Positions 51,950 to 64,000 of a DNA stretch of 64,000 nucleotides are shown here, one piece after another. The notes beneath the pieces were generated by a model. That model was not told the origin of the DNA, did not search any database, and worked only from the letters and a program-made list of their open reading frames with translations. Where the stretch lies: contig JBHGNT010000022.1 of the NCBI GenBank assembly GCA_043228905.1, forward strand, positions 7,006,001-7,070,000, read 5' to 3'. The DNA is from Azolla caroliniana (taxonomy: Eukaryota > Plantae > Polypodiophyta). The position numbers were made by a program, and so were the translations under genes. Each line of letters starts with the position of its first letter. Position 1 is the first letter of the stretch.

Positions 51950-53160
51950 TATACAATGGTGACTCATCCGCCTCATCATCAGATGTACCAATCATAAAAT
52001 TTTCTTAGTCTAAAACCAAATGTTGTGACTCCAAATCATGTGTAGAAATCTGGTTCGCCTTTGATCTGAGAAGCCTTGTAGACTTGGCCATTTCTCTTTT
52101 ATTCTGTCTATTATTGACTTCCTTAAACATCTAACTTTTGTCAATGTAAAGTCGTACACAATGATATCCACCTCTTGCATGTCAAGGGTCGATGTGTTAT
52201 GAATATTTCTTTTCCACTTTCTATTTCCTCTTGACGTTGGAAATTCCATCATCTCCTATGTATACTTGCTTGTAAATGCATTCTTGCTTTTAGTGTTGTA
52301 CCAACGCACCAAGTTTGTAGACTTTATCTGATTTTGGTTTTCATGCAACACCACGTCCAATACTTTACCAATCTAGAATTGGTGCCCGAAGTCATTGTCA
52401 TCTGCAAGTGTGACAATTAACATCCCAACTTTAATTTCTTGCAAGTTTCCTTGCCAACCGGCTTCTGTTGCTTTTGTCATCCTCGGTCCCACGTAAATGT
52501 CTCTCTGTTGTGGATGGAGTAAGTTGTCAAGATCAACATGAGGTGCATGAGGTGGCGTTGGAGAATTAGGTGAGTGTTGTATGGACCACATAAATGGTAT
52601 CTACAAGGACCAAATACCAATGAAGGAATTATCAATAATTCCTTGTTGATCACTAAAGAACATGTCCCACCATGAGGTATCTTGTGGTCCAACATACTTC
52701 TTTGCATTATCAATGTGCTTCCTTTTGTCCTATAAGCCTTGCATCCAGAAGTTGCTTTGTTCATCTACCAACTCATTGTGCATTTCCTTTTTAGTCCTAA
52801 TCAACATTTGTTTTGCACCATAAACGGTAGTAGACGACATATGAAGCAAGAACTGGCAACCGACTTCTGGCTCCCATTGTGGGGGAAGATTAATATTGCA
52901 TTGCATGCAACAGTGTATCACCACTTATATCATTTTTCTTTATCAAGAATACATGATTGAAGCTAATATTGTTAAATTGGGCCAACAATTTCACATTCTC
53001 CTCCCTGCCATCTGCTATGTATCTCTTAAAGTTGTATATCTCCTTTAAGTGTATCACATTTGGATGTGGCATATATGCATCACAAATAATGTCAAATAAC
53101 TTTAGTAAGGTGAAAGCATCATATCGAGACAACTGTCTGGAGAATGTACTGAACATCTGA
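51950..53160 (-). pseudogene. C-terminal remnant of a probable Sola1-like transposase
   Basis: QMFSTFSRQLSRYDAFTL..L..II resembles the segment following the GHTH-x-D-x-DQ-x-FS motif; heavily frameshifted. Confidence 0.5.
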
Positions 53161-53965
53161 AGCATCACCAGCGCTTCCCACCTTCGGCACGCCACATCAT
53201 GACATTGCTCTGGCTTTGAGTTGTACCGAGTAGTAGCACACAATCATCACAAGATCGCAATCTCGACATAGTCGAATAATGTCTGTAATGAGGATAGTTA
53301 GCCTTATATTTATAGCTAACTTTAAGGCCGTGTGAGAATGACCTAGTTGTTAGGGTCATTCAATGTGTGTAAGAGTTGTAGAGTTCAATTCTCTACTAAA
53401 GCACTTGCATTTATGTATACTCTGTATTTACTTTAATATTGGGAAAGGGATATTTGCATTTAAGTATATTCTTTATTTACTTTAATATTGGGGGGTTTAT
53501 CTGGGGTCCTTAGTTCTTGTTTTTTAGGAAGAGACTTCTTCTTCGCTCTTGGGTTTTCTTGTTGGAGGTTTCCCTCCTTTCTTCCTTCGTTCAGTGGTCA
53601 TCTTCAAGGTTCATGTGCTCGTGTTTAGTGCTCATCTTCAGTGTTTGTGTGTGATGATAATCGTACTCGACCACAACCGAGTTTCAAATACAAGATGGAA
53701 GATTGAATAGAGAATAAGAAAAAAAAAGGTAGTTCCACAAAAAACGAGACGACATAGGATGTTAACGTGGAAAGCTCGAGAGGCAAAACCACAAGAGTTC
53801 ATAGACTCCGAATAGGATCACTATAGAGGAGAGGTACAACAATGTGAGACTCAGAGGCAACGACCTCGAGCTCTACCTTTGCCAACCGGTGGTTACAACA
53901 GAAAAGCTTTCTGTATCTCTCTCTGGCATCGGATATCTCATTAATCCGGTCCGTCTCCGGCACGT

Positions 53966-56900
53966 GTTGTAGTGTATTTCGTACACTACGTGAAAAACAT
54001 GTAAAGTACTTGATTCAATAAATATGAAGAAATAGAAAAAAATATTAAAATATATATTACATGCATAGGGCAAGATTCAAACCCTATACCCCCATGTTAA
54101 TTTAATCTATTGCTTTACGAATATACTAACATATCATGAGTGTTAATAAAAGTAGATGTCCCACATACAAAGGTTATTTCATGTATATTTTTTAAGAAAA
54201 ATTATTTTTACACGTAGAGTGCGTAAAACTTTAGTTAGAAGAAAATGCATGATCGAAAAAGTTATTGATGCACATCTCACGTGCATGAACACTATTATTA
54301 GAAAAAAAAAGCATGAAGTTTACAGTTAGAAAAAGCATAGATTGTTATGTGCTAAGCCTCTCCCATCACTATATAAGGATGGGGAGCACAATGTAATAAT
54401 GGGGGGGGGGAAATAAATAAATTATGGGGTGATTATTAGGGTCTAAATATTGATTAATATAATACTCGTGGGATTCACGAGGTTTTCGATCTCTCTTTTC
54501 CAATCTATTCCTATCGATTCCAAAGTATAATTAGGGCTAAATATTAATAAAACTAAAAGACTATATTCTTGGGATTCACGAATTTCTATCTCTTTCTTAT
54601 AATCTATTCATATTCATAATAGTGTTTTAAACTTGTCTCAAATTCTTCCTCCTCCTAGTCCAAAATCTCGGTGGTTCCCACCCAATTCATGCAACGATCC
54701 GGTGCTGAAAGGCATGACACATTTGGTGAACCTGACATGAAGATGGGTGACACAGAGATGGCGAATCAACAAGAGACAATGAACTTGATGATGATGATGA
54801 TGATGTTCGAGCGGATGCTGCAAGAACAACGTGCGAAGTTGGAGATCACGATGGCAGTAGCGCGGCTCGTGCAAAGAAATGGGCAATTCAATGGAAATGA
54901 TGTGTCACGCTATAGATCTATGTGACTACAAGGCGTAGATGATGCGATGTGGGATACCGGAAGGATTGCAAGTGATATCCTTCAATTGGGTGGCCACGGA
55001 TGAGCTACAAGAGAGAATCCACAAGATACGACAACAAAACTCAACGTGGGTGTCCTTCAAGGAAGCTATATTGGAAGCATATGATTACGAGAGACCAAAG
55101 GGACGAGATCGACATGAGTTTGACAAGTGGGTGGCATCGGTGAAGACCCACCAAAGCGCAACACAAGCATTCCTAGAGTTCGAGCATCGTTTTGCTCAAC
55201 TCTCGGAGCGAGAACAACGATCGGTGGGGATGGATAAAGTCCTAATGTTCGTAAGATCGATCGATCGAATGGAAAGGATGGTCATTGGGATCGAACTCGA
55301 AGACTATAATGGTGCAAATGGTCTCACTGAGGATTGGGCTAAAGTCGAAAGAGTATGTCGAAGACATGATAAGAGGAAGACAAGAATCTTGTCGGCAACA
55401 ATATGGCCCATGATGGATGGTCAAAGGGGGACAAGAAGTGATGACACACAACCACATAAAGAAGAGGGCTCAAAGTGAAAGGGTTCGACAGTGCTTGACA
55501 TGGAAGCCTTGAAAAGGGAGGCATATGAGAACTTAAAGGCGAAGGCCGAGGCCGAAGAGAAGGTTACAACGGAGCCAAAGTCGAGGCAAATGATTGATGA
55601 GGAGGAAGTCGCCTCCCATTGGTTGAGAACGAATGATGTGGCCAAAATGAAAGCCAAAATACAATACAATGTTACCATGGGAGAGGGTGTGGAACAAGTC
55701 ACCCTCTTGTGTTGCGAAAGAATGATGGCTAACGAGAAGACTTATGACTTGAGAGTGGCGAACACCACTTCAAAGGTGGAAGGAGGTTTCAAGACGCAAG
55801 TGTCCGAAACATCAAGTGAAAAAGGGTTAAGCATAATCGAGTTTGCATGATCAAGGGAGGTAAATAGTGCGAGGCATAGATGATTGAGGAGGTAGCCACA
55901 AAAGATGATATCGAATCGGAGGTGGCTATGAACGCGTCAATGGCGGATGGCAATGTCGAGACTTTCCCACCACTAATTCAGAAGACTTCGGTGGTTGCGT
56001 TCGAAAGGCAACGTGAGACCAAAGAGATAGAAGGTGGCGGAGAGAAAACAAAGGTCAAAGCCGATGCATACGATGGAGAGATAACCGAGAAGGTGGCTAT
56101 GGGCGAAACGATGGAGGACGGTAATACCAAGGATTCTTGCCCACTAATTCTAGAGACTTCGATGGTTGTGTCCGAGAACCAACGTGAGACCGAAGAGACG
56201 GGAGGTGGCAGCAAGGAGCGTAGAGCTGGAAGTGGGTTCGGACAGAAGATGATCCGGCCAGAATTCCAGCCTAAACGGAAGCCGAACCAGGAGGAAGTGG
56301 ATTCGGCCGAAATCCGATCAGTCGAGCCTGCCTCGGACGGAAATCGTTCTAGCTGAAAGCCGATTGGATGAGACCGATCCGGAAAGAAGCTAATCTGACT
56401 CAATCAGAGGTCGAACCGGTCAAGGCCAGTGAACACAAGGAAAAGGAAGCTAACCTGGACCGAAACCAATCAGTCGAAACCGATTAACCGAGTCTGATTC
56501 GGCCAAATACGGATCTAATCGGAAGCCAATCCAACCAAAAGCCGATTGGACGAAACCGATCCGGAAAGAAGTCGAGGTTGATGAGGATAAGGAAGAGTCC
56601 AAGCAAAGACACTACCACAGATGACAAGGACCAAGCGGGCCAAGAGGATTTGAAGGGTGTTAGTAACGATGAGATCTCAACAAAGAAGGAAGGCTCTAAC
56701 GTGAAGAATGTAAATTCTAATGCGAGATTGTATGACGAGAGAGAACGAAGAATATGGTGGATTGGATGGCGACAATGGTTTGGGTGGAAAGAATAGATGT
56801 GCTCAAAATGAAGAAATGGAGGGCACTGCGGATGAAGGAGAATAACAAGCATCGGAAGCTTCGGCACATATCAGAGTATGTGCGGGTTCGGAGGGGGCGA

Positions 56901-57643
56901 GTGTCGTAGTTATTTACACAATGTGAAAAACGTATAAAGTACCTGATTCAATAAATATGAAGAAATAGAAGAAAATATTAAAATATATATTACACACATA
57001 GGGCAAGATTCAAACCCTATACCTCCATGTTAATAATTTGTAGCTTTACCATTATACTAACACACCATGAGTGCTAAATAAAGTAGACGTCTCACATACA
57101 AAGGTTATTTCACATATATTTTTTAGGAAAATCTACTTTTACACGTAGAGTGCATAAAACTTTAGTTAGAAGAAAACGCATGATCGAAAAAGCTATTCAT
57201 GCACATCTCACGTGCATGAACACTATTATTAGAAAAAAAAAACATGAAGTTTATAGTTAGAAAAAGCATAGATTGTTATGTGCTAAGCCTCTCCCATCAC
57301 TATATAAGGATGGGGAGCACAATGTAATAAGGGGGGGGGGGGGGGGAAATAAATAAATTATGGGGTGATTATTAAGGTCTAAATATTTATTAATATAATA
57401 CTCGTGGGATTCACGAGGTTTTCGATCTCTCTTTTCCAATCTATTCCTATCTATTCCAAAGTATAATTAGGGTTAAATATTAATAAAACTAAAAAATTTA
57501 TTTGTGGGATTCATGAATTTCTATCTCTTATAATCTATTCATATTCATAACTAAACTCATCTCAAATTCTTTGTCCTCCTAATCCAAAACCTCGGCGATT
57601 CCCACCCGACTCACGCAACAATCTGATGTCGAAAGGCACGACA
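53966..57643 (+). mobile_element. Gag-only, tRNA-Trp-primed LTR element, copy 3 (older)
   Basis: LTRs ~53966-54719 and 56902-57643; TSD ACGT 53962-53965/57644-57647 (one T short at the left junction); PBS TGGTGAACCTGACATGAA 54724-54741; PPT before 56902; gag remnants GQFNGNDVSRY..WVSFKEAILEAY..FAQLSEREQ. Confidence 0.85.
57001..57062 (-). promoter_or_regulatory. tRNA-like A-box/B-box cassette in the LTR (paralogue at 54068-54130)
   Basis: On the minus strand TAGTATAATGGTAAAG starts at 57059 and GGTTTGAATC at 57016, 43 nt apart. Confidence 0.5.
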
Positions 57644-58508
57644 ACGTGTCTAGTTTGTTGGTTGATAGCACCTTGGTCAGCATGTCTGACCCGTTCTCCT
57701 CCGTGTGGATCTTTGTCAGAACAAAGTCTTTGTCTTCTAGCTTCTCCCGAAACCATTGGTATCTTCGTTGGATGTGCTTGGTCCGGGAATGGTAGTCTGT
57801 GTTCTTTGCAAGGTGGATGGCACTTTGATTGTCACAATAGAGCCGGTCTTCCTATTGGATCCCTAGCTTTCCGACGAAGACCTTCATCAAGATTACCTCT
57901 TTCCCGGCTTCCACGGCCGCCATGTACTCCGCTTCCATCATCGATAGTGCTACAAATTTCTATAGCCTCAACTACCACGATACAGCTCCCCCGGCAAAGA
58001 TCATGACGTATCCGGATGTGGATCGGTTGGTATCTACATCAGCTGACATGTCTGAATCTGTGAACCCTTTCAATAGGGATTTACCAGAGCTGAATCAAAG
58101 GCACATGCTCGACGTGCCTTTCAGCTACCGGAGGATCCACTTAATGGCGGCCCAATGCTCTCTTCCCGAATTACTTATGAACCGGCTAACCAGTCCGACT
58201 GCATATCTGATGTCCGGCCGGGTAGACACCATTGCGTACATCAAGCTTCCGACAGCAGAGGCATATGGTTGCTTCATCATCTCTAACTTCTCTGTCTTTA
58301 TCTTCGGTCTTTGTTTTCCGGACAACTTCTTGTTTGCCGGAAGTGTTGACCCGACCGGCTTCGTGTCCGTCATGTTGAACCATTGGACCACCTTCATCAC
58401 GTACTTGTCTTGAGACAGCCCTAATAGCTTCTTCGTCCAGCCCTAGACTATGTGCATCCCGAGTATCTGTCTTGCCGGACCCAAATCTTTCATTGAGAAG
58501 GACCGGTT

Positions 58509-58876
58509 TGTTGGGATTACGGTCTCTCCGGATGGGATGGTCAGATGTCCGGGAATCGGGAATGAAGACCCGAATGATGAAGACCCGGTTTTCGGATCCG
58601 GATGATGAAGACCCCGGCTACGGAGCCGGATGACGAAGACCCGGTTTCGGATCCGGATGATGAAGACCCCGGCTACGGAGCCGGATGACGAATGTACCCG
58701 GAGAGAGATCCGGATGCGGGGACATATTTGTGAATATGTTTGCCAAGGGCCCTCGAGGCTATATTTGTAAATAGCCCGAAAGTCATATGTGTATAAATAT
58801 GACTTAGGGCAAACAGTTTGTTTGTTGTTGCTCATTTTTCTGTTTTCCACTTAGAGGGAGCGAAGTGAGAGCAGCC

Positions 58877-58908
<32 letters not shown>

Positions 58909-61900
58909 GAGGTCGACGCCTCTGTGTAATACCGCCGCCTGTGGCGAGGACAGCGAGCTCAAGGTCGTCGCCTTGCAGCTCGCCATTGTACATTCCCTGC
59001 GTATAGTGATAGTTGGAGTCTTGCACTCCCGTGGTTTTTCCCGTCTAGGGTTTTCCACGCTAAACCCTGTGCATTCGAGTCTCTCTCTGTGTTTTCGATT
59101 TACTGCTGCATTGACTCGTGTTTCCTCGGTTGTGGCCGAGAGGTAAAGTTTTTGGAAGCGTCGATTTCTAACAATCTGGTATCAGAGCGACTGCAGTGCA
59201 GAAAATGGAAGGCGGCAGCAGCGGGCAGCCGGGGATGATGGTGCTGAATGCGCAGAACTACGCCGACTGGAAGATAAAGATGGAGGATCTGCTCATTGTT
59301 CGGGACCTGTATGAACCGATCGACAGGTCGGAAATACCCAAGGGGGTACTTGAGACGGAATGGAGGCTTCTGAACCGGAAAGTCGTTGCAACCATTCGGC
59401 AATACGTCGACGTGAGCGTTCTACAACATGTGGCGAACGACACCAACGCATATGAGATGTGGCAGAAGCTGTCGGGACTCTACGAGAGGAAGAATGCGTT
59501 GAACCGGACCTCCCTGATGAGGAAGATAGTGAACCTCAAGTACCGGGACGGCGAGAGTATGGTGGAACACGTAAGCACGTTCATGGGATTCGTGAACCAG
59601 CTTGCGGCGATCAAGTTCCCGTTGGAGGATGCAATGCAAGCCATCATGCTGATGTGTACATTGCCGGAAAGCTGGGAGAACTTGGTGGTGACTCTCAGCA
59701 CCTCCTGCACCGAAGATAACTTGTCCCTACAAACGGTAAAGACAAGCATTTTGAACGAAGAAGCGCGTCGGAGAGATAAAGAACCGGCCTCCCATCCGAA
59801 GATGCTGCTTACCGAATCGGATCGGGGAAGACAACGGAACCGGAGTCCGCAAAGACGGGAGAAGTCGGGGACCCGGTCGCAGTCAAGAGGAAGGCCCACA
59901 TGCTTCCACTGTGGGAAGCCGGGGCACTTCCGAAAGAATTGTCGGCATTACCGAAAAGACAACGGAGCTGACGACACCGATTCGAAGAAGTCTTCGGAAC
60001 GGAACGGTGCTTACCGGGGAGCCACGGACCGGAATGGTTCGGATCGGCGAGGGCAGGACCGGAAAGGAACGACGGCACTCGCGGCAAGTGAAGAGGAGAT
60101 CATGCTCATCACCGAAGAAGGTGAACTAAACATTGCCGGCGATGAGACTACCTGGGTGGTCGATTCCGGAGCGTCGTTCCACCTGACCCCGGAAAGAAGA
60201 TACTTCTCATCCTACACAGCCGGTGAGCATGGCTGTGTTCGGATGGGAAATGAAGGTACGTGCCGGATTGCCGGCATAGGAGACGTGTGGTTGACAACCT
60301 CGACCGGATGCAAAATGTTGCTGAAGGATGTCCGACACGTTCCGGAGGTTCGATTGAACCTGATTTCGGCCGGGAGGCTAGACGATGAAGGCTACACAGG
60401 TAGCATCCGGAACTGCGTAATGAAGTTCAGCAAGGGGAGCCTGATAGAGGCTCGGGCCCGGAAAGTCAACACACTGTACCTTATGAATGCCTGGTTGTGT
60501 CCGGATGAGTTGAACGTGGCAGCCGACACTGCCGGTGAGCTGTGGCACAAGAGACTGTGCCACATGAGTGAGAAGGGGATGAAGAGGCTTGCAGAAGACA
60601 ACCTTATTCCAGTGAAGCATGTGCACCTGGAGAAGTGCACCGATTGCCTGGCCGGAAAGCAGAACCGAACCTCCTTCCACTCAAGGCCACCGACGAGACG
60701 TAGCGCACCATTGGAGTTGGTGCACACTGACGTGTGTCAAGTAGAAACGAAGTCACATGGCGGAGCCCAGTACTTCGTGACATTCATTGATGACCACAGC
60801 CGGAAGCTGTGGACGGCACCGTTGAAGAAAAAGGACCAAGTGTTGTGCGTCTTCAAAGAACTCCACGCGAGAGTGGAAAGGGAATCCGGCAAGAAGCTGA
60901 AAGCGATACGAGCGGATAACGGAGGGGAATACCGGGGGCAGTTCGAGGAGTACTGTCGCTCGAAGGGAATCCGGCTCGAGTTTACTGTGCCGAAGACGCC
61001 GGAACTGAACGGGCTGGCCGAGAGGATGAACCGGACCATAATGGAGAGGGTCCGGAGTATGCTGGCGCATGCGAAATTACCCAAGGGGTTTTGGGCTGAG
61101 GCAATGTCGACGGCGACATACGTGATAAACAGATCACCCTCAGTACCTTTGGACGGAGACACGCCGCAGAGAGTGTGGACCGGTAGGGAAGTATCCTACC
61201 GGCATCTGAAGGTGTTCGGGTGTCTCGCATATGTGCATGTGGCAAAGGACCGGAGAGGAAAGCTAGATCCAAAGACCCGGCCATGCATATTCCTCGGTTA
61301 CGGCGATGACAAGTTCGGCTACCGAGTATGGGACCCGGTCGACAAAAAGATATTCCGGAGTCGTGATATCATCTTCATGGAGGACAAGACACTCGCCGAC
61401 TGGGAGTCGGAGAAGAAGATGAAGAGCTCCAAGTCGACCGGTGAGGATCAACTCTACGAGGAGCAGTCCCGACCGGCAAGGGACCGGTTAGCACTCGAGG
61501 ATCTGGCCGAAGACGGTGAAGATAAAGAACCGGCCGAGGAAGAAGAAACTGATACCGGAACCGGCCCCGATCCCGAAATGGATTTGGATGAAGAGGAAAC
61601 GGTGGAGCCGGTTACCGAAGCTCCGGAACGGAGATATCCTCTAAGAGAGAGAAGGGCCCCCCTGAGATTTCCGGAACCAGAGCACGTGCTGCTAACCGAC
61701 GAGGGGGAGCCGGAGAGTTTTGAAGAAGCAAAGCTTGACACCCATAGCCGCAGGTGGTTAAGTGCCATGCAGGAGGAGATGGATTCCCTGCATGAGAACC
61801 ACACATATGAACTTGTGGAGTTGCCGAAAGGAAAGCGGGCACTTCGAAACAAGTGGGTGTTCAAGCTGAAACCGGGAGATGCCGGAAACCCCCCGAGATA

Positions 61901-63947
61901 CAAAGCCAGGATCGTGGTGAAGGGGTTCCAGCAGAAGAAGGGCGTCGACTTCGACGAGATATTTGCCCCGGTAGTGAAGATGACCTCCATCCGGACGGTG
62001 CTGAGCATAGCGGCAAGCATGGACCTCGAGGTAGAACAGATGGACGTGAAGACGGCATTCCTTCACGGTGACCTCGAAGAAGAGAACTACATGCAGCAAC
62101 CGGAAGGATTCGAGAAGAAAGGGAAGGAGCACCTGGTATGCCGGTTGAAGAAGAGCCTTTACGGACTAAAGCAGGCTCCCCGGCAATGGTACCGGAAGTT
62201 CGACTCTTTCATGACCGACGAAGGGTACCACAAAACGCAGTCCGATCACTGCGTGTTTGTGAAGAAGTTCGAAGGAGGAGACTTTCTAATACTCCTCCTG
62301 TACGTGGACGACATGTTGATCGTCGGACAGGACCAGGTCAAGATATGGATGCTGAAGAAAGCGCTTCACCGAACCTTCTCAATGAAGGACCTGGGTCCGG
62401 CGAGGCAAATACTAGGGATGCACATCATCCGGGACCGGAAGAAGAAGCAGTTGTGGCTGTCACAGGAGAAGTACGTGACAAAGGTGCTTCACCGGTTCAA
62501 CATGTCGGAAGCAATACCGGTCGGGTCAACCCTCCCGGCAAACTGCAAGTTGTCCAGCAAGCAAAGCCCCAAGACAAAGGTTGAGAAGGAGGACATGATG
62601 AAAGTACCATATGCCTCTGCCGTCGGAAGCTTGATGTACGCAATGGTGTGTACAAGACCGGACATAGGATATGCAGTCGGAGTGGTGAGCCGGTACATGA
62701 GCAATCCCGGCAAAGAGCACTGGAACGCGGCCAAGTGGATACTCCGATACCTGAAGGGCACGGCAAACGTGTGTCTCCGATTCGGCTCCGGTAAGCCCGA
62801 ACTCGACGGCTTTACCGATTCGGATATGTCGGCTGATGCAGATACCAGCCGGTCCACATCAGGGTATGTGATGACGTATGCAGGGGGAGCTGTTTCGTGG
62901 CAGTCGAGGCTGCAGAAGACGGTTGCGTTGTCAACCACGGAGGCGGAGTACATGGCGGCTGTTGAAGCCGGCAAGGAAATAATATGGATGAAGGACTTCA
63001 TTAGAGAGCTCGGTATCCGGCAGGAGGAGTACCGACTCTACTGCGACAGTCAGAGTGCCATCCACCTTACGAAGAACGCGGCCTATCACTCACGGACGAA
63101 GCACATCCAGCGAAGATATCACTGGATCCGGGAAAGGATAGAAGACCAGGAGTTCGTGCTGACGAAGATCCACATGGACGAGAACGGGTCAGATATGCTG
63201 ACCAAAGTGCTCACACCCGACAAGCTGGAAGCGTGCCGGAAGAGGGTCGGACTGGAAAGACATCCCATGCCGAAGTGAAGGGGGAGTTTGTTGGGATTAC
63301 GGTCCCTCCGGATGGGATGGTCAGATGTCCGGGAATCGGGAATGAAGACCCGAATGATGAAGACCCGGTTTTCGGATCCGGATGATGAAGACCCCGGCTA
63401 CGGAGCCGGATGACGAAGACCCGGTTTCGGATCCGGATGATGAAGACCCCGGCTACGGAGCCGGATGACGAATGTACCCGGAGAGAGATCCGGATGCGGG
63501 GACATATTTGTGAATATGTTTGCCAAGGGCCCTCGAGGCTATATTTGTAAATAGCCCGAAAGTCATATGTGTATAAATATGACTTAGGGCAAACAGTTTG
63601 TTTGTTGTTGCTCATTTTTCTGTTTTCCACTTAGAGGGAGCGAAGTGAGAGCAGCCGAGAGAGAGAGAGAGAGAGAAAGGAAGAGGTCGACGCCTCTGTG
63701 TAATACCGCCGCCTGTGGCGAGGACAGCGAGCTCAAGGTCGTCGCCTTGCAGCTCACCATTGTACATTCCCTGCGTATAGTGATAGTTGGAGTCTTGCAC
63801 TCCCGTGGTTTTTCCCGTCTAGGGTTTTCCACGCTAAACCCTGTGCATTCGAGTCTCTCTCTGTGTTTTCGATTTACTGCTGCATTGACTCGTGTTTCCT
63901 CGGTTGTGGCCGAGAGGTAAAGTTTTTGGAAGCGTCGATTTCTAACA
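58509..63947 (+). mobile_element. Intact, very young Ty1/copia element
   Basis: LTRs 58509-59173 and 63289-63947 (2 substitutions seen plus 6 bp of (AG)n); TSD CGGTT 58504-58508/63948-63952; PBS TGGTATCAGAGC 59177-59188; PPT ~63277-63286. Confidence 0.97.
59205..63278 (+). CDS. gag-pol: Uninterrupted copia Gag-Pol polyprotein (~1357 aa)
   Basis: CFHCGKPGHFRKNC, WVVDSGAS, LVHTDVC, RADNGGEY, YVDDML, FTDSD, KHIQRRYHWIRE in one ORF. Confidence 0.97.
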   Translation: MEGGSSGQPGMMVLNAQNYADWKIKMEDLLIVRDLYEPIDRSEIPKGVLETEWRLLNRKVVATIRQYVDVSVLQHVANDTNAYEMWQKLSGLYERKNALNRTSLMRKIVNLKYRDGESMVEHVSTFMGFVNQLAAIKFPLEDAMQAIMLMCTLPESWENLVVTLSTSCTEDNLSLQTVKTSILNEEARRRDKEPASHPKMLLTESDRGRQRNRSPQRREKSGTRSQSRGRPTCFHCGKPGHFRKNCRHYRKDNGADDTDSKKSSERNGAYRGATDRNGSDRRGQDRKGTTALAASEEEIMLITEEGELNIAGDETTWVVDSGASFHLTPERRYFSSYTAGEHGCVRMGNEGTCRIAGIGDVWLTTSTGCKMLLKDVRHVPEVRLNLISAGRLDDEGYTGSIRNCVMKFSKGSLIEARARKVNTLYLMNAWLCPDELNVAADTAGELWHKRLCHMSEKGMKRLAEDNLIPVKHVHLEKCTDCLAGKQNRTSFHSRPPTRRSAPLELVHTDVCQVETKSHGGAQYFVTFIDDHSRKLWTAPLKKKDQVLCVFKELHARVERESGKKLKAIRADNGGEYRGQFEEYCRSKGIRLEFTVPKTPELNGLAERMNRTIMERVRSMLAHAKLPKGFWAEAMSTATYVINRSPSVPLDGDTPQRVWTGREVSYRHLKVFGCLAYVHVAKDRRGKLDPKTRPCIFLGYGDDKFGYRVWDPVDKKIFRSRDIIFMEDKTLADWESEKKMKSSKSTGEDQLYEEQSRPARDRLALEDLAEDGEDKEPAEEEETDTGTGPDPEMDLDEEETVEPVTEAPERRYPLRERRAPLRFPEPEHVLLTDEGEPESFEEAKLDTHSRRWLSAMQEEMDSLHENHTYELVELPKGKRALRNKWVFKLKPGDAGNPPRYKARIVVKGFQQKKGVDFDEIFAPVVKMTSIRTVLSIAASMDLEVEQMDVKTAFLHGDLEEENYMQQPEGFEKKGKEHLVCRLKKSLYGLKQAPRQWYRKFDSFMTDEGYHKTQSDHCVFVKKFEGGDFLILLLYVDDMLIVGQDQVKIWMLKKALHRTFSMKDLGPARQILGMHIIRDRKKKQLWLSQEKYVTKVLHRFNMSEAIPVGSTLPANCKLSSKQSPKTKVEKEDMMKVPYASAVGSLMYAMVCTRPDIGYAVGVVSRYMSNPGKEHWNAAKWILRYLKGTANVCLRFGSGKPELDGFTDSDMSADADTSRSTSGYVMTYAGGAVSWQSRLQKTVALSTTEAEYMAAVEAGKEIIWMKDFIRELGIRQEEYRLYCDSQSAIHLTKNAAYHSRTKHIQRRYHWIRERIEDQEFVLTKIHMDENGSDMLTKVLTPDKLEACRKRVGLERHPMPK

Positions 63948-64000
63948 CGGTTCAAGGGCTTCTTCAACATCCCAATTTTGATTCGGTCCCATCCGATGAT

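Larger units (their letters stand above)
53650..64000 (-). mobile_element. Older copia element (RT/RNase H end, partial 3' LTR) split by two insertions; continues beyond the window
   Basis: MLKKPLNR|SFSMKDLGPARQILG is split at CGGTT; DMLTKVLSTNKLD|TCRRRTGLMRYPMP is split at ACGT; LTR-like motifs ~53650-53910. Confidence 0.8.

Noticed and set aside
53360-53650. Possible additional LTR fragment
   Set aside because: LTR-like composition, but no partner, PBS or TSD could be fixed.

Overview
This window is gene-free plant-type repetitive DNA made almost entirely of nested transposable elements; a non-seed land plant such as a fern is my inference. Boundaries were resolved by eye from LTR pairs, primer-binding sites (PBS), polypurine tracts (PPT), target-site duplications (TSD) and restoration of host reading frames. 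Ty1/copia elements: one intact and very young (58509-63947), two young with a single frameshift (11572-16921, 43963-49083), three degraded, plus one solo LTR. Ty3/gypsy elements: a chromovirus (6472-23238) and two non-chromovirus remnants. Three Gag-only LTR elements primed by tRNA-Trp and one related solo LTR all have 4-bp TSDs centred on CpG. An 11-kb Sola2-like DDD DNA transposon (29193-40181) carries a convergent, intron-containing accessory gene with a RING-H2 finger and non-coding arrays of a TAGTACT motif also found at its ends. The best novelty candidates are that accessory-gene/motif-array module and the CpG-inserting Gag-only family, some of whose LTRs hold an antisense tRNA-like Pol III A/B-box cassette. 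No host gene, rRNA, intact tRNA or CRISPR array is supported.
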